A stretch of 64,000 bases of DNA, taken from an uncultured virus (IMG/VR IMGVR_UViG_3300009507_000010) (Duplodnaviria; Heunggongvirae; Uroviricota; Caudoviricetes). The stretch is taken from IMG/VR virus record IMGVR_UViG_3300009507_000010. One strand, given 5' to 3'. The notes below the pieces were generated by a model. The model was not told where the DNA came from. It ran no database searches and was given only the letters and a program-made list of their open reading frames with translations. A program made the translations under genes and the position numbers. Below are positions 20,486 to 30,700 of this stretch, in pieces (position 1 is the first letter of the stretch; every line of letters starts with the position of its first letter).

Positions 20486-21383
20486 ACCAGTCTATTAGTC
20501 CCTTATATCCATTACAGCCGTTGTTTAAGTCTTTAACATATCGATAATGTTCAGTTAAGCATTTACCGTAGTATTTACAATTATGACATATTTCACTGAC
20601 GTTTTCTGTAGACTCTTTTGAAGCCCACAACAAGTATTCGTCAAACGTATTATATTCTTCAAAAAACTCATTATCGTTCTTGTCAAATTCAAGCACACCG
20701 AATTTAGCATCAGGCGTAATGTATACATGATCGTTACTAAATGCATTACGATTGCCTTCTAATACATCTTCTAAATCATCTACGTTAACAAAATCAAACT
20801 GCTTTAATACAGGAGATTCTATCCATTGCTGCACATGTTGTTCAAAATCTCTATGTGTAACAGGGTGTGCATTTGCTTGATTAGTTGAGTAAGGTTTTAT
20901 TTCTACACACTTAACATTTTGCATCATATTAAATGTATTAATCATTAAGTCTACATTAGTAGCTAATACCTTAGGACTTGCTAAAACTAGTACACTAATA
21001 TCCTTAGGAAAAAGCATCATATTCTGTAATACTTTATCACTTTGTTCTCGAGCTTCGAAGTCATAGCTTACACTAATATGCACATCATCATCTAAAAAGA
21101 AATCAGGCCTTGCACTTAAATTAGTATTGATGTTAATTCTACCACTAAAATATTTTCTAATAACAGTTTTCAAACTATAAAAATATTCTTTATCTAGCAT
21201 ACCTATTTCGCCACCGTATAAATCTACGTGTGTAATCGGTACAGACACTTCACTAAGACGCTTGTCTAGATCTTCCGGAGTAATACGCTTTTTATTACCT
21301 AGTTGGGCTGTAGTAAGATAACAAAAGTCGCAGCGAAAGTTACAAAAATATGTAGGATTGATACTAACAGTAAATTCAGTCAT
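20466..21383 (-). CDS. Radical SAM protein with C-terminal Cys cluster
   Basis: PTYFCNFRCDFCY; LYGGEIG; CHNCKYYGKC...GC. Confidence 0.9.
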   Translation of the reverse strand: MTEFTVSINPTYFCNFRCDFCYLTTAQLGNKKRITPEDLDKRLSEVSVPITHVDLYGGEIGMLDKEYFYSLKTVIRKYFSGRININTNLSARPDFFLDDDVHISVSYDFEAREQSDKVLQNMMLFPKDISVLVLASPKVLATNVDLMINTFNMMQNVKCVEIKPYSTNQANAHPVTHRDFEQHVQQWIESPVLKQFDFVNVDDLEDVLEGNRNAFSNDHVYITPDAKFGVLEFDKNDNEFFEEYNTFDEYLLWASKESTENVSEICHNCKYYGKCLTEHYRYVKDLNNGCNGYKGLIDWYAELED

Positions 21384-22410
21384 ATTCCCTCACATAAGGA
21401 GTAACGCTATCAGGGTCTTGATTATTCAACTTTAAAATAGTTGGAGCAAGTTGTTTCATTTCAAAACAATGTTCTTCTACTTGACCTTCACGCTTGTGAT
21501 CTCTAACAGTTTTACGACAGCCGTTACATATTCTAAACATAGGACACGTTAGGCATGCCTGCTTCATTGAAATTAGTTCTGGCGCATCTTGCAACGGTGT
21601 ACTAAATCCTCCTGACATTTCATATTCAAAGTCGATAGGATAATCTTTGTCGTCACCTAAACTACCGCAACTATAATAGTCGCCGCCTGGATTGAACGCA
21701 CGTATGCCTTCGTCACAATGTCTGTTTTGAGGACAAGTAGTTGTATCACTTTGTAGCCTACGAACCATTTGTTGTGTATTGTATTCCCAGTCCATTAGTC
21801 CAGCGTTGTAAATATCAATGTATGCTTTATATATTTTACTAAGACGATATGTATAGCCCTGCTCGCCGCTTGCCATTGCATAGTTTACTTTGCAAACTAC
21901 ATTCATCTTTTTAGCAAGCTCTACTGTTTTAATAATAGTATGCTCGTTCATGTCGTCAATAACAGCAATAAACTCAGGACGATAACCACAAAGTTCTAAC
22001 ATTTTATCTGATACTTTCCAGAAGTCTTCTTCTGTAAATATTGAAAAGTCACCTTTAAGTCTACCAGCACCGTATTGAAAACTAGTCGAGATTCCCATAC
22101 GTGGGTGATTGAATAAATCTATCCACTTTTCGGGTTTAACGTAAAACGGCCATAAGTTGCTAGTAAAGCTAATAGTTGCCGGCATATCGTGTGTATCGAG
22201 ATATTCTATTATTTTCCAATAATATTCTGGAGACATCATGAGTGGATCACCACCGTTAACAATAATTGTATTAGTGTCGGGATATCTATCTAAAAATCTA
22301 AAGATATAATCGTGATCTAATTGTCCTGCATTATTAGGATCGATCTTAGTCGAAGAACAAAATGTACATTTGAAGTTACATGCTTCAGTGGGTTTAATAA
22401 TAAGATCCAT
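21376..22410 (-). CDS. Radical SAM/SPASM protein
   Basis: IKPTEACNFKCTFC; NGGDPL; CPQNRHC...YSCG...CLTCPMFRICNGC...HC. Confidence 0.92.
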   Translation of the reverse strand: MDLIIKPTEACNFKCTFCSSTKIDPNNAGQLDHDYIFRFLDRYPDTNTIIVNGGDPLMMSPEYYWKIIEYLDTHDMPATISFTSNLWPFYVKPEKWIDLFNHPRMGISTSFQYGAGRLKGDFSIFTEEDFWKVSDKMLELCGYRPEFIAVIDDMNEHTIIKTVELAKKMNVVCKVNYAMASGEQGYTYRLSKIYKAYIDIYNAGLMDWEYNTQQMVRRLQSDTTTCPQNRHCDEGIRAFNPGGDYYSCGSLGDDKDYPIDFEYEMSGGFSTPLQDAPELISMKQACLTCPMFRICNGCRKTVRDHKREGQVEEHCFEMKQLAPTILKLNNQDPDSVTPYVREYD

Positions 22411-23438
22411 TACGGCGCTAACTCCAACATTAGTGTTTTAGGAGCAGGACATATATCGCCTTCCCATGCAAGTTTGTAACAATCGCCACCGCAGTAAAAC
22501 TGCACAGGACATTCATAACATTTAGAATTTCTATTCATTTCAGTTGCAATATTACACATTCGACTTGGATGAAATAATACATGATCTATGTCATCAGAAA
22601 TGTGTGCATAGTGTGCAGTTGGCGCACTATTGGGACAACCTGCAATGCGACCGTCTGCATTTATAGTAAACAGTTTTTGTTCACAGTCTCTACAGAATGT
22701 ACTTGCACGAGTAATGCCATCCTCAAACTTCATATATACACTTTCAATTGTAGAGTTGTATATTTTATCTCTAAGATTTCTTGCTTGTGTTTCCTTGTGC
22801 AACTGTAAGTACCAATCTTGTATTTCTATATTAGTAGGAAATATCTTAGGATTGCGCACAGCATTGCCGTCTGAAGTTAATCTTTCAAAGTCAACTTCTT
22901 GTATACCTAAGTCGATCAAATATTCGATAACATCTGCAGGATTTTCTTGTATCATATCTTTACTTAAACTAACAAAACACTTGATGTCTACTCCATCTGC
23001 TGTTAGTTGACGCACATTATCTTCCCATAGTTTTTGCTGTTTAGCATTAGCCCAACGTATAAACGGATCGTAACTTGTACCTAAACGTTTGTGTAGTATT
23101 CCGTATATTAGATCAAGTTTCTCGTCTGTAAGTTTATATGTTAAGTTAGTGGTCATGCCGTAGTAAGCTCTGTCACCCCAAACATCATAAGTCAGTTTGT
23201 GAAACAGTTTCATATCTTCTACGGGTGCAAGCATAGGTTCACCGCCGTGGAACTCGAAAGCTATTCCGCTATTGGGCATTTTAGCATACAGTCTATTAAA
23301 AAAATCTGCTGTAGCACGGGGATCAAAATAAATCTTACGTCCGTTGATGCCATTAGTAAAACAATGAGAACAGTTTAAATTACAAGTCTCAGTTGTTTTA
23401 ATATAAGACATATACTGTGTGGCGTTATGTACGGTCAT
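22410..23438 (-). CDS. Radical SAM/SPASM peptide maturase-like protein (anSME-like)
   Basis: IKTTETCNLNCSHCF; FHGGEPML; CRDC...INADGRIAGCP...CYECPVQFYCGGDC...C. Confidence 0.93.
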   Translation of the reverse strand: MTVHNATQYMSYIKTTETCNLNCSHCFTNGINGRKIYFDPRATADFFNRLYAKMPNSGIAFEFHGGEPMLAPVEDMKLFHKLTYDVWGDRAYYGMTTNLTYKLTDEKLDLIYGILHKRLGTSYDPFIRWANAKQQKLWEDNVRQLTADGVDIKCFVSLSKDMIQENPADVIEYLIDLGIQEVDFERLTSDGNAVRNPKIFPTNIEIQDWYLQLHKETQARNLRDKIYNSTIESVYMKFEDGITRASTFCRDCEQKLFTINADGRIAGCPNSAPTAHYAHISDDIDHVLFHPSRMCNIATEMNRNSKCYECPVQFYCGGDCYKLAWEGDICPAPKTLMLELAP

Positions 23439-23901
23439 CTAATCCCCAAGATAGCATAATGCTATTGTCTTTATTTAAAGCACGGTGCGGTGTTTCTGCA
23501 GGCACAAACAAGCAATGTCCACTGTGTGCTGTTATCTCTGTACCGTTTATTTCTAATGTTTTACTTCCATGAGTAACTTGCAATACTAAGTCTACAGGAT
23601 CGGTGTGAATACCGAATGATGGAGAATTAGGCTTTGCGTAGAACACATGACAAGTACCATTATTAAAATTACAAATCTGTTCATACTTTTCTAATTTAAT
23701 TGTTATATCATCACGCAGCAAAAGATTATCTACTACTCCGAGATATGAAATATAATCATTTTCGGTTATATAATGTTGTAAGCCTTCACTGTCAATGTAG
23801 CTAGTCATTACTCTATTATATGCTAAGTCACTGCGGAGTATATCATAAAACTCTAACATTGACATTTTAACTTTAGGAATCATATCAACACCACACGTCA
23901 A
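23425..23901 (-). CDS. JmjC/cupin_4-like 2OG-dependent oxygenase (YcfD/ROXA-like)
   Basis: SFGIHTDPVDLVLQVTHGSKT (HxD) and LFVPAETPHRA (distal His). Confidence 0.7.
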   Translation of the reverse strand: MTCGVDMIPKVKMSMLEFYDILRSDLAYNRVMTSYIDSEGLQHYITENDYISYLGVVDNLLLRDDITIKLEKYEQICNFNNGTCHVFYAKPNSPSFGIHTDPVDLVLQVTHGSKTLEINGTEITAHSGHCLFVPAETPHRALNKDNSIMLSWGLDDRT

Positions 23902-24415
23902 ACGGCATGCAAATTCGCATGTCTTTTACAGTCTCGACATTGTGCCAAACAAAGCTAGGAAATATAAACAAATCACCAGCCTGAGGCTTTAATACAACAG
24001 GTTCAAATATATGATTTAAGTTACTGTTGTAACCTCTATTAGCATTACCTCTAGGATCGTGTAATACTAGTTCTCCGCCTACAGGAGGAGTTGCAAGATA
24101 AAGTATTCCAGTAAACTGACTTCCTAAGTGGTTGTGTATATGATGTGTTGCACCTTGTCTATAAACATGTACCCACCAGCTAAAAGAAAATGATTTCTGT
24201 TTTGGAAAGTCTGATTCTAAATAAGATTTAATAGAATTGTCAATAAACTCGTGTGCTAATTTTAATTCTGAATACTCGTCAATATCAGGACGCTCGTGAT
24301 CACTTATACCATCAGGAAACTTCATGATAATATCGTTAACTACATTGCCTAACGCAATTTGATCATCCCACGTAAACTGTGCAAGTGTAGTAGGCCAAAG
24401 TTCATTAAGTATCAT
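23885..24415 (-). CDS. 2OG-Fe(II) oxygenase (phage TIGR02466-like family)
   Basis: HIHNHLGSQFTGILY...LVLHDPRG...GDLFIFPSFVWHNV...RI. Confidence 0.8.
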   Translation of the reverse strand: MILNELWPTTLAQFTWDDQIALGNVVNDIIMKFPDGISDHERPDIDEYSELKLAHEFIDNSIKSYLESDFPKQKSFSFSWWVHVYRQGATHHIHNHLGSQFTGILYLATPPVGGELVLHDPRGNANRGYNSNLNHIFEPVVLKPQAGDLFIFPSFVWHNVETVKDMRICMPFDVWC

Positions 24416-24857
24416 TGTGATCCTCTATGTATTGCAAAACGTCAACTGCCGTCATGACTTTAGTCTTTATTGTAGCATTGTTTAATGTATTTCGCAACCC
24501 CTGATGTAAGGGTTTTGGCCAATTTCCAAATGTAACCCAACAGTAACCTGAGTGTTCGTCATTTAACAACGGAATAAATTCGTCATTTACAAAACATAGA
24601 TATGTATGAAAATTAAACTTTTCATCATTTGATACAAATAGCTCTAATGGGATAACTTTAGCAAAAGAAGGAAGTTTGCCTAATTCTTCGGTTATCTCTC
24701 GTTGTAGACCTTCCCAAGGAGTTTCGCCATATTCATTTTTGCCGCCTACTAGTCCCCAGTGCTCAGGCTGTTTAACATGAGTTCGTTGTAATAGTAATAC
24801 ACGTTTAGTTTTAAGGGAACAAATCAGAGCTCCACTACAAATTATTTTCTCGGACAT
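24405..24857 (-). CDS. NUDIX hydrolase
   Basis: Nudix box GGKNEYGETPWEGLQREITEELG. Confidence 0.9.
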   Translation of the reverse strand: MSEKIICSGALICSLKTKRVLLLQRTHVKQPEHWGLVGGKNEYGETPWEGLQREITEELGKLPSFAKVIPLELFVSNDEKFNFHTYLCFVNDEFIPLLNDEHSGYCWVTFGNWPKPLHQGLRNTLNNATIKTKVMTAVDVLQYIEDHNDT

Positions 24858-24873
24858 ATAATATATAGTAGTT

Positions 24874-26304
24874 TTAGAGGATGACTTGCCAGTGTCCTGG
24901 CTTATATAAACCTTCCCACGCCTTAATCCATTGCTCGCCGTCCCATTTAAATTGTAGGCCGCTGTTTGGATTAATGTTTGTTACATATACCGGGTCACCC
25001 GTGTACTCACTTGCGTCGAATATAATAGTCCAAGAAGTTCCGTCCCATTCGATAATGTCGTTTGCTCCAGCAACAAAGTCGACACCATTTGTGTTCTTCC
25101 AAAAGTCCGGCCCGTCAACGTTGCTTTCGCTTCCGATATCAGCTGTAAGTAAGAATCTAACACCTGGAACGATTGCCGGAGGATTTCTCACAGGATCAAC
25201 TACTGCATTAATATTTCCATCTGATCTTAATGGTCCTACTAAAGTACTATTTGTTGGCTGAGTGTCAATATCCCAATTAACAGTAAGTTGTGTCTCGTCT
25301 AGTGGATTCAAAGTTAAGTAACCAACAATTGGAGTTTTTGAATCGTCTCTACGTAAAAATACCTTAGATAGTCCTGCTCTATATGTTCCTGGCAATGCAT
25401 CTAATACACCTTGCCAGTTACCTTGAGCACCACTAGGGGTTGATTTCTCAAGTTCAGAAGCATTACTAAGACCCATCGGTTTAACAAGTTTGATTGTGTT
25501 ACCAAACACAAGCGAATGCCAACTTGCTGCTGCGGTATCTAGATTAGCACTAAATGCATCAGGTACAGTTTGATCCCAACCTGGGAAGAGAATTGAATCA
25601 CCCGGTATGTTAATACCAGTTTCAATTGTGCCTCTGTCTTCGTCGCCAATGCTCATTGCAATAGCTGTAATAACACCTAGTTGTTTTACTTTTACTGGAG
25701 GACTAATATAAATCGGAGTACTAAACGATAATGTTGACACATCAATTTCTGTTTCAGTACCTTGTGGTATTGAACGAGAGCTCCATGTAATTCCTTCTAA
25801 GTTTACAACACTTAAACTAGTCCAATCAATAAAGTTATCTGTAGTTTGTATTTCTAAACTTGGATTGAATAGCGTTAAAATTTGTTCTATAATTTGTAAT
25901 TTTTGATCAGTGTTCGTTGACCAAATATCAGCACTTACTGTTAGAGTGTACGGACTTGGCATTAAGCGTTCAACTGTATACGAGTTGCCTTGCTGTGTAG
26001 TGTAACGCTGGTTTACTTCGTCAAAAGCACGTTCTCTAATGTTTACTTTACTAACTAGTGTTGCATCAGACGTTCTAGTCCTGTCTTGCTCCATTGCTGT
26101 AACATACATACCTATGCGAGGTGCGCTTGGTATTTTATTTTCTGAATTATCACGAATAATACTTGACACCTGACGTGTGATATCGCCATACATTACGGGC
26201 ACAGGAGTAATTTTTCCTGATCCGTCTTTGTATGTAAAGTTGCTTAGTAAACGCAACATTTGATTTAAATATCGTCTTACTTGGCCGTCATAAAAGTGCT
26301 GCAT
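24874..26304 (-). CDS. Tail sheath stabiliser/terminator, T4 gp15-like, with C-terminal extension
   Basis: MQHFYDGQVRRY...PVPVMYGD...PSPYTLTVSADIWSTNTDQKLQIIEQILTLFNP; adjacent to gp14-like gene. Confidence 0.7.
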   Translation of the reverse strand: MQHFYDGQVRRYLNQMLRLLSNFTYKDGSGKITPVPVMYGDITRQVSSIIRDNSENKIPSAPRIGMYVTAMEQDRTRTSDATLVSKVNIRERAFDEVNQRYTTQQGNSYTVERLMPSPYTLTVSADIWSTNTDQKLQIIEQILTLFNPSLEIQTTDNFIDWTSLSVVNLEGITWSSRSIPQGTETEIDVSTLSFSTPIYISPPVKVKQLGVITAIAMSIGDEDRGTIETGINIPGDSILFPGWDQTVPDAFSANLDTAAASWHSLVFGNTIKLVKPMGLSNASELEKSTPSGAQGNWQGVLDALPGTYRAGLSKVFLRRDDSKTPIVGYLTLNPLDETQLTVNWDIDTQPTNSTLVGPLRSDGNINAVVDPVRNPPAIVPGVRFLLTADIGSESNVDGPDFWKNTNGVDFVAGANDIIEWDGTSWTIIFDASEYTGDPVYVTNINPNSGLQFKWDGEQWIKAWEGLYKPGHWQVIL

Positions 26305-27671
26305 TAATTATCGCTCCTTGCTCTCAAAGCTTCTGATAAACTTTGACGCTGTTTGACTCTGTCATTATAGAAGATAACTTCCCATAAGCCTGCATCAATA
26401 ATTTCAATAGGCAAGTTAAGTTTTACTAGATTCGGAATATTGTTTCTAGTATGAGTATCGTACATATTAGGATGTTCGTTAGAATCAAATTCTACCTTGT
26501 ATCCATTTATTTTAAGCATAATAAATCTAGGATTAGCAACTTGTGATTCTACATCAGTTAGTACTACAGTGTCGCCTTTAGCAAGTGATACTAAGTCGGT
26601 TGCTATTTGGTCAATATATGTATATTCGTTATTGTTAATAAACGATGTTTTTTGTGTTTGTCTTGCATCGTCGCTTGTTAAGTTCATTCTCATATTATCA
26701 CGCATCTTAACCCAACGTTCGCCGTCATATCTAAAAAGTCTATTTGGCATAAAGTCTACACGTAAGAAATAATCGCCTTCGGCTACTTCTAGTGGAAATG
26801 TAATACCACTACCAAACGGTGCACCATCAGGTGCTTCTGTAGAGCCCAGTAAGTAACCACTGTATCCGTCTTTTCTAGGAGTGTTTCTTAATGCATCTAC
26901 TGTAGCTAAACTTCCTGCATTTAATGAACTATCATCAACTGTGGCTAAATCAACAGTTCCGTTTTCAGTTGACAACGTATAAAAGTTAGTAATGTCATAT
27001 CCTGATTTAGGAGCATCTTTTTCAGCTTCTAATAAGTTAGCATTATTAATTTGCATTTCTGCATCATATGTTGATAACAAGTCACGCAATGATCCTTGAT
27101 CAGGTGCATCTTCATTCATTGGAAGATCAAGTATTTCTTTAAATTCTTGACTATCGACAATTTGTTTTAGTTTAACACGGTACAAGTGCGGATACCACGT
27201 GGGCGAAAATCCTTCAGCTGCACGGTTAACATCTTCTACAACATAAAAGCGTTTAAGTGCTACTTCATAGTCGTTAGCAGCATATTCATCTTTTAAATGT
27301 GGCAATTCAATTACGTCTCCAGGCATAATTTTTCTGCCTAAAGAATCAACGCTACTGTTAATATGAATAGTCATAAACACTGTATCGTTTTGTAAAAACA
27401 ATCCAAACTGACTTAGATCAAAGTCGATATCTTGGACATTATATATTCCTCTTAAGGAGTAAATATCCTGGTCGTACTTTCTATCTCTATTTTCTAAAAA
27501 CAACAGATCTTGAATTTGTCGCTCGTCTTTCACAGTGGTGCCGTCGTCTGTACCAATGTATTTGTGTACTAGAACATCTGTCCCACCAATTTGGAACATT
27601 TCGTATATCTGTCGATCTAAAAATTTATAGTCTCGACCTTTTTCTGGTTTATATAAACTGAGTCTGGGCAT
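26304..27671 (-). CDS. Neck/head-completion protein, T4 gp14-like
   Basis: DLLFLENRDRKYD...LSQFGLFLQNDTVFMTIH...GDVIELP; start moved to the ATG at 27671, just downstream of a TAAATA motif. Confidence 0.65.
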   Translation of the reverse strand: MPRLSLYKPEKGRDYKFLDRQIYEMFQIGGTDVLVHKYIGTDDGTTVKDERQIQDLLFLENRDRKYDQDIYSLRGIYNVQDIDFDLSQFGLFLQNDTVFMTIHINSSVDSLGRKIMPGDVIELPHLKDEYAANDYEVALKRFYVVEDVNRAAEGFSPTWYPHLYRVKLKQIVDSQEFKEILDLPMNEDAPDQGSLRDLLSTYDAEMQINNANLLEAEKDAPKSGYDITNFYTLSTENGTVDLATVDDSSLNAGSLATVDALRNTPRKDGYSGYLLGSTEAPDGAPFGSGITFPLEVAEGDYFLRVDFMPNRLFRYDGERWVKMRDNMRMNLTSDDARQTQKTSFINNNEYTYIDQIATDLVSLAKGDTVVLTDVESQVANPRFIMLKINGYKVEFDSNEHPNMYDTHTRNNIPNLVKLNLPIEIIDAGLWEVIFYNDRVKQRQSLSEALRARSDN

Positions 27672-27679
27672 AGTACAAG

Positions 27680-27711
27680 TATTTATTAGATTCCTGCTCA
27701 TAAGATAAATA
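27680..27711. promoter_or_regulatory. Back-to-back T4-type late promoter motifs (AATAAATA on minus at 27680-27687; GATAAATA on plus at 27704-27711)
   Basis: TAAATA cores lie upstream of both divergent structural genes; resemble the T4 late consensus TATAAATA. Confidence 0.65.
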
Positions 27712-27745
27712 CTTTAACAAATGCAATGCTAGGAAATAGGATACT

Positions 27746-30700
27746 ATGACTCAAGAAATTATTAACGTTGGCAGCAGCCCGGACGCAGGTGATGGCGATA
27801 CATTACGTTCTGCGCTAACAAAAACAAATTTAAATTTTACAGAATTATACGGTAAGGTAGGCGGATTTCCGCAATGGCAAGACGGCCTACAAGGTCAAGT
27901 TCTTATTGTAGGTATTGACGGATCCATTCAATGGGGCAGTGCAACATCATCAAGTACTGACGCTGCTACATTAGGCGGCCAACCTCCTAGCTTTTATTTA
28001 GATTATGACAATTTTGCAAACGTTCCGGCATTAGTTACTTCGCTTTCAGCATTAACTGATACAAGTGTAGGTTCTGCAACAACAGGCCAAGTACTATCAT
28101 ACGACGGCGCTGTGTGGACAGCAACTACTCCAGCAGCAGTAGCACAAGCATTAGGTGATTTAACAAACGTAAGTGTAGCCAATCCTAGCAGTGGGCAAGC
28201 ACTTGTGTGGAATGGCGCTGCTTGGGTACCTGGAAGTGTTGCAGCGGATATTGGGTCAACTAGCATTAACGCATTAAGTGATGTAGATACAACTACAACT
28301 GCTCCTAACAATGGTGAAGCACTTGTGTGGGACGGATCAAACTTTGTACCGGGAACAGTATCGTCTACAGACATTTCAACAGCAAGCATTAACGACTTAT
28401 CAGATGTAGATACAGCTGGTGCAGTATCAGGTAGTGTATTAAAGTATAGCGGAACTGCTTGGATAGTAGGAACTGACGATAGTGCAGGCGGTATTGCATT
28501 AACTGACTTATCAGCTAATACTGTTGCTGCCAGCGGCACTGGTACACTAACATATAATAATACACTAGGACTGTTTACTTTAACACCTCCTGATTTATCA
28601 ACATATGCAACAACAGCAAGTTTAGCAACTGTAGCAACAAGTGGAGCATATGCAGACTTAACAGGTACACCAACATTAGCAACTGTAGCAACAAGTGGCG
28701 CATATGCAGACTTAACAGGTGCTCCTACCATTCCTACAAACGTAGGTGACTTAGCAGATGTAAGTGCTGTTGCGCCTACAACAGGTCAAGTATTAAAATG
28801 GGACGGAGCTGTATGGGCACCAGCAGCTGACTTAACATCAGACGGCGGCGTAGGCATTGCACTAACAGATATTAGCGGCACTGGAGATATTGACTTTAAT
28901 CAGGTTACTGGTGTTATTAGCTTTACTAATAGTACCGGTTATATTACAGGTATAGGCTCTTTTAGTGTAGGCGCACTTAGTGATGTAGATATCACAACAG
29001 CAGCACCTACTAATGGCCAAGCACTTGTATGGGATGGAAACGATTTTGTTCCGGGCAGTGTTGCAGCTGATATTAGTGCTACAAGTATTGATGCATTAGC
29101 AGACGTAGATACAACTACAGCAGCACCTACTAACGGACAAGCACTTGTATGGGACGGATCTAACTTTGTACCTGGAAGTGTTGCTAGTGATTTAAGCACA
29201 TCAAGTATTGATGCATTAGCAGACGTAGATACAACTACAGCAGCACCTACTAACGGACAAGCACTGGTATGGGATGGTTCAAACTTTATACCAGGAGATG
29301 TAGCAAGTGTAGACGGAGTTATTAACTTTGCAGTAACAGCTGATGGAACAAATAACTACGTATTCAATGGTGGCGGCACAACAGCAGCATTAGATCCAGA
29401 AATATATCTATCAAGAGGACAAACATACACATTCTCAATGGATGCAACTGGTAGTCCATTGTTCATTAAAACTGTAAATTCTACGGGGACTGCAAATGCA
29501 TATAATGATGGCGTTACTGGCAACGGATCAGAAACAGGTACTATTACATTTACAGTACCAATGAATGCACCTGATACACTGTACTATAATTCACAGTACT
29601 ATCCGGGAATGTCGGGTACAATTAATGTACTTGATGTGTTTACACAAGCAGACTGGAATGTAATGTTTAGTACTAAGTCAACTGATGATATATCAGAAGG
29701 CTCACTTAATCAATGGTACACAGATGAGCGTGTTGATGACCGCGTAGCTGCATTATTACAAGCTGGTGACGGAATTGCATTAACATATGACGATGTTTCC
29801 AATACACTATCAATTGCAACTACTGGCGGCGGCACAGGCGGCTCAAGTACATTCTTAGGATTAACAGATACTCCAAGTAGCTTCTTAGGCTTTAATAACA
29901 AAGTTCTTGCTGTAAATGCAGATGCAACAGCAGTTGAGTTTACAGATATTTCTTCAGCAATATGGGGCAGTGATGTCAAAGGTAGTGTGTTTGGTGATGA
30001 CTCAACAGTACTTGTTGATGCAGTATCTAATTTAATCACAGGCGATGTAGTCAACGATAGTGTACGTACAGACAACCTAGGCGGATCAACTGGCACAACA
30101 ATTAATATTGCTAATAGTTCAATCCTTAGCTTTGGCACAGGCGGGTACATTTTAGGTCGCCCATTAGCAACACTAGGTGCTTCGCGCATTGAACAGGGCG
30201 GATTAACATTCTATAGTACATTGCCTATGACAGTTAAAGTAGATCCGACAAGTCCAAGCCAAAACTTGAGCTTTGAAGGCTTCTTTACTGGTAGTTTAAA
30301 CGGTAGCGTTAATGGTACACTAAGTGGAGATGTTACAAGTACAAACACATCAACGTTTAATAATTTAACAGTTAATGGAACATTTACTTCAACAGGAACA
30401 TTAGAGTCTGACTTGCAAGGTACTATTATCCTTGGTGGCTTAAATAGTGCAGTAATTAAAACTGAATTTGATGATATTATTATTAACGAGTTCGGCGAAG
30501 TACAAAACCTAAACGGTCAGCTCCCTAGCTACTTCCTTGATTGGGACAACTTTGTAAACAAACCTGCTATTCCTACAATTACTGATCAAATATCAGAATC
30601 GGGCGCTGGTGCAACTAACAAGTACTTTACAGATGCAAGAGCAAGAGCAGCACTAAGTGGCGGCACAGGCGTAACATATAATAATACAACTGGTGTTATT

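Noticed and set aside
13413..23438. Radical SAM genes as a 7-deazaguanine (QueE) or anaerobic RNR-activase module
   Set aside because: No queC/queD/folE/dpdA or nrdD nearby; the C-terminal SPASM-like Cys clusters and adjacent Cys-rich small proteins fit peptide maturases better.
28622..29300. Tandem DNA repeats as a possible CRISPR array
   Set aside because: The units are in-frame multiples of 3 encoding protein repeats, with no unique spacers and no cas genes.
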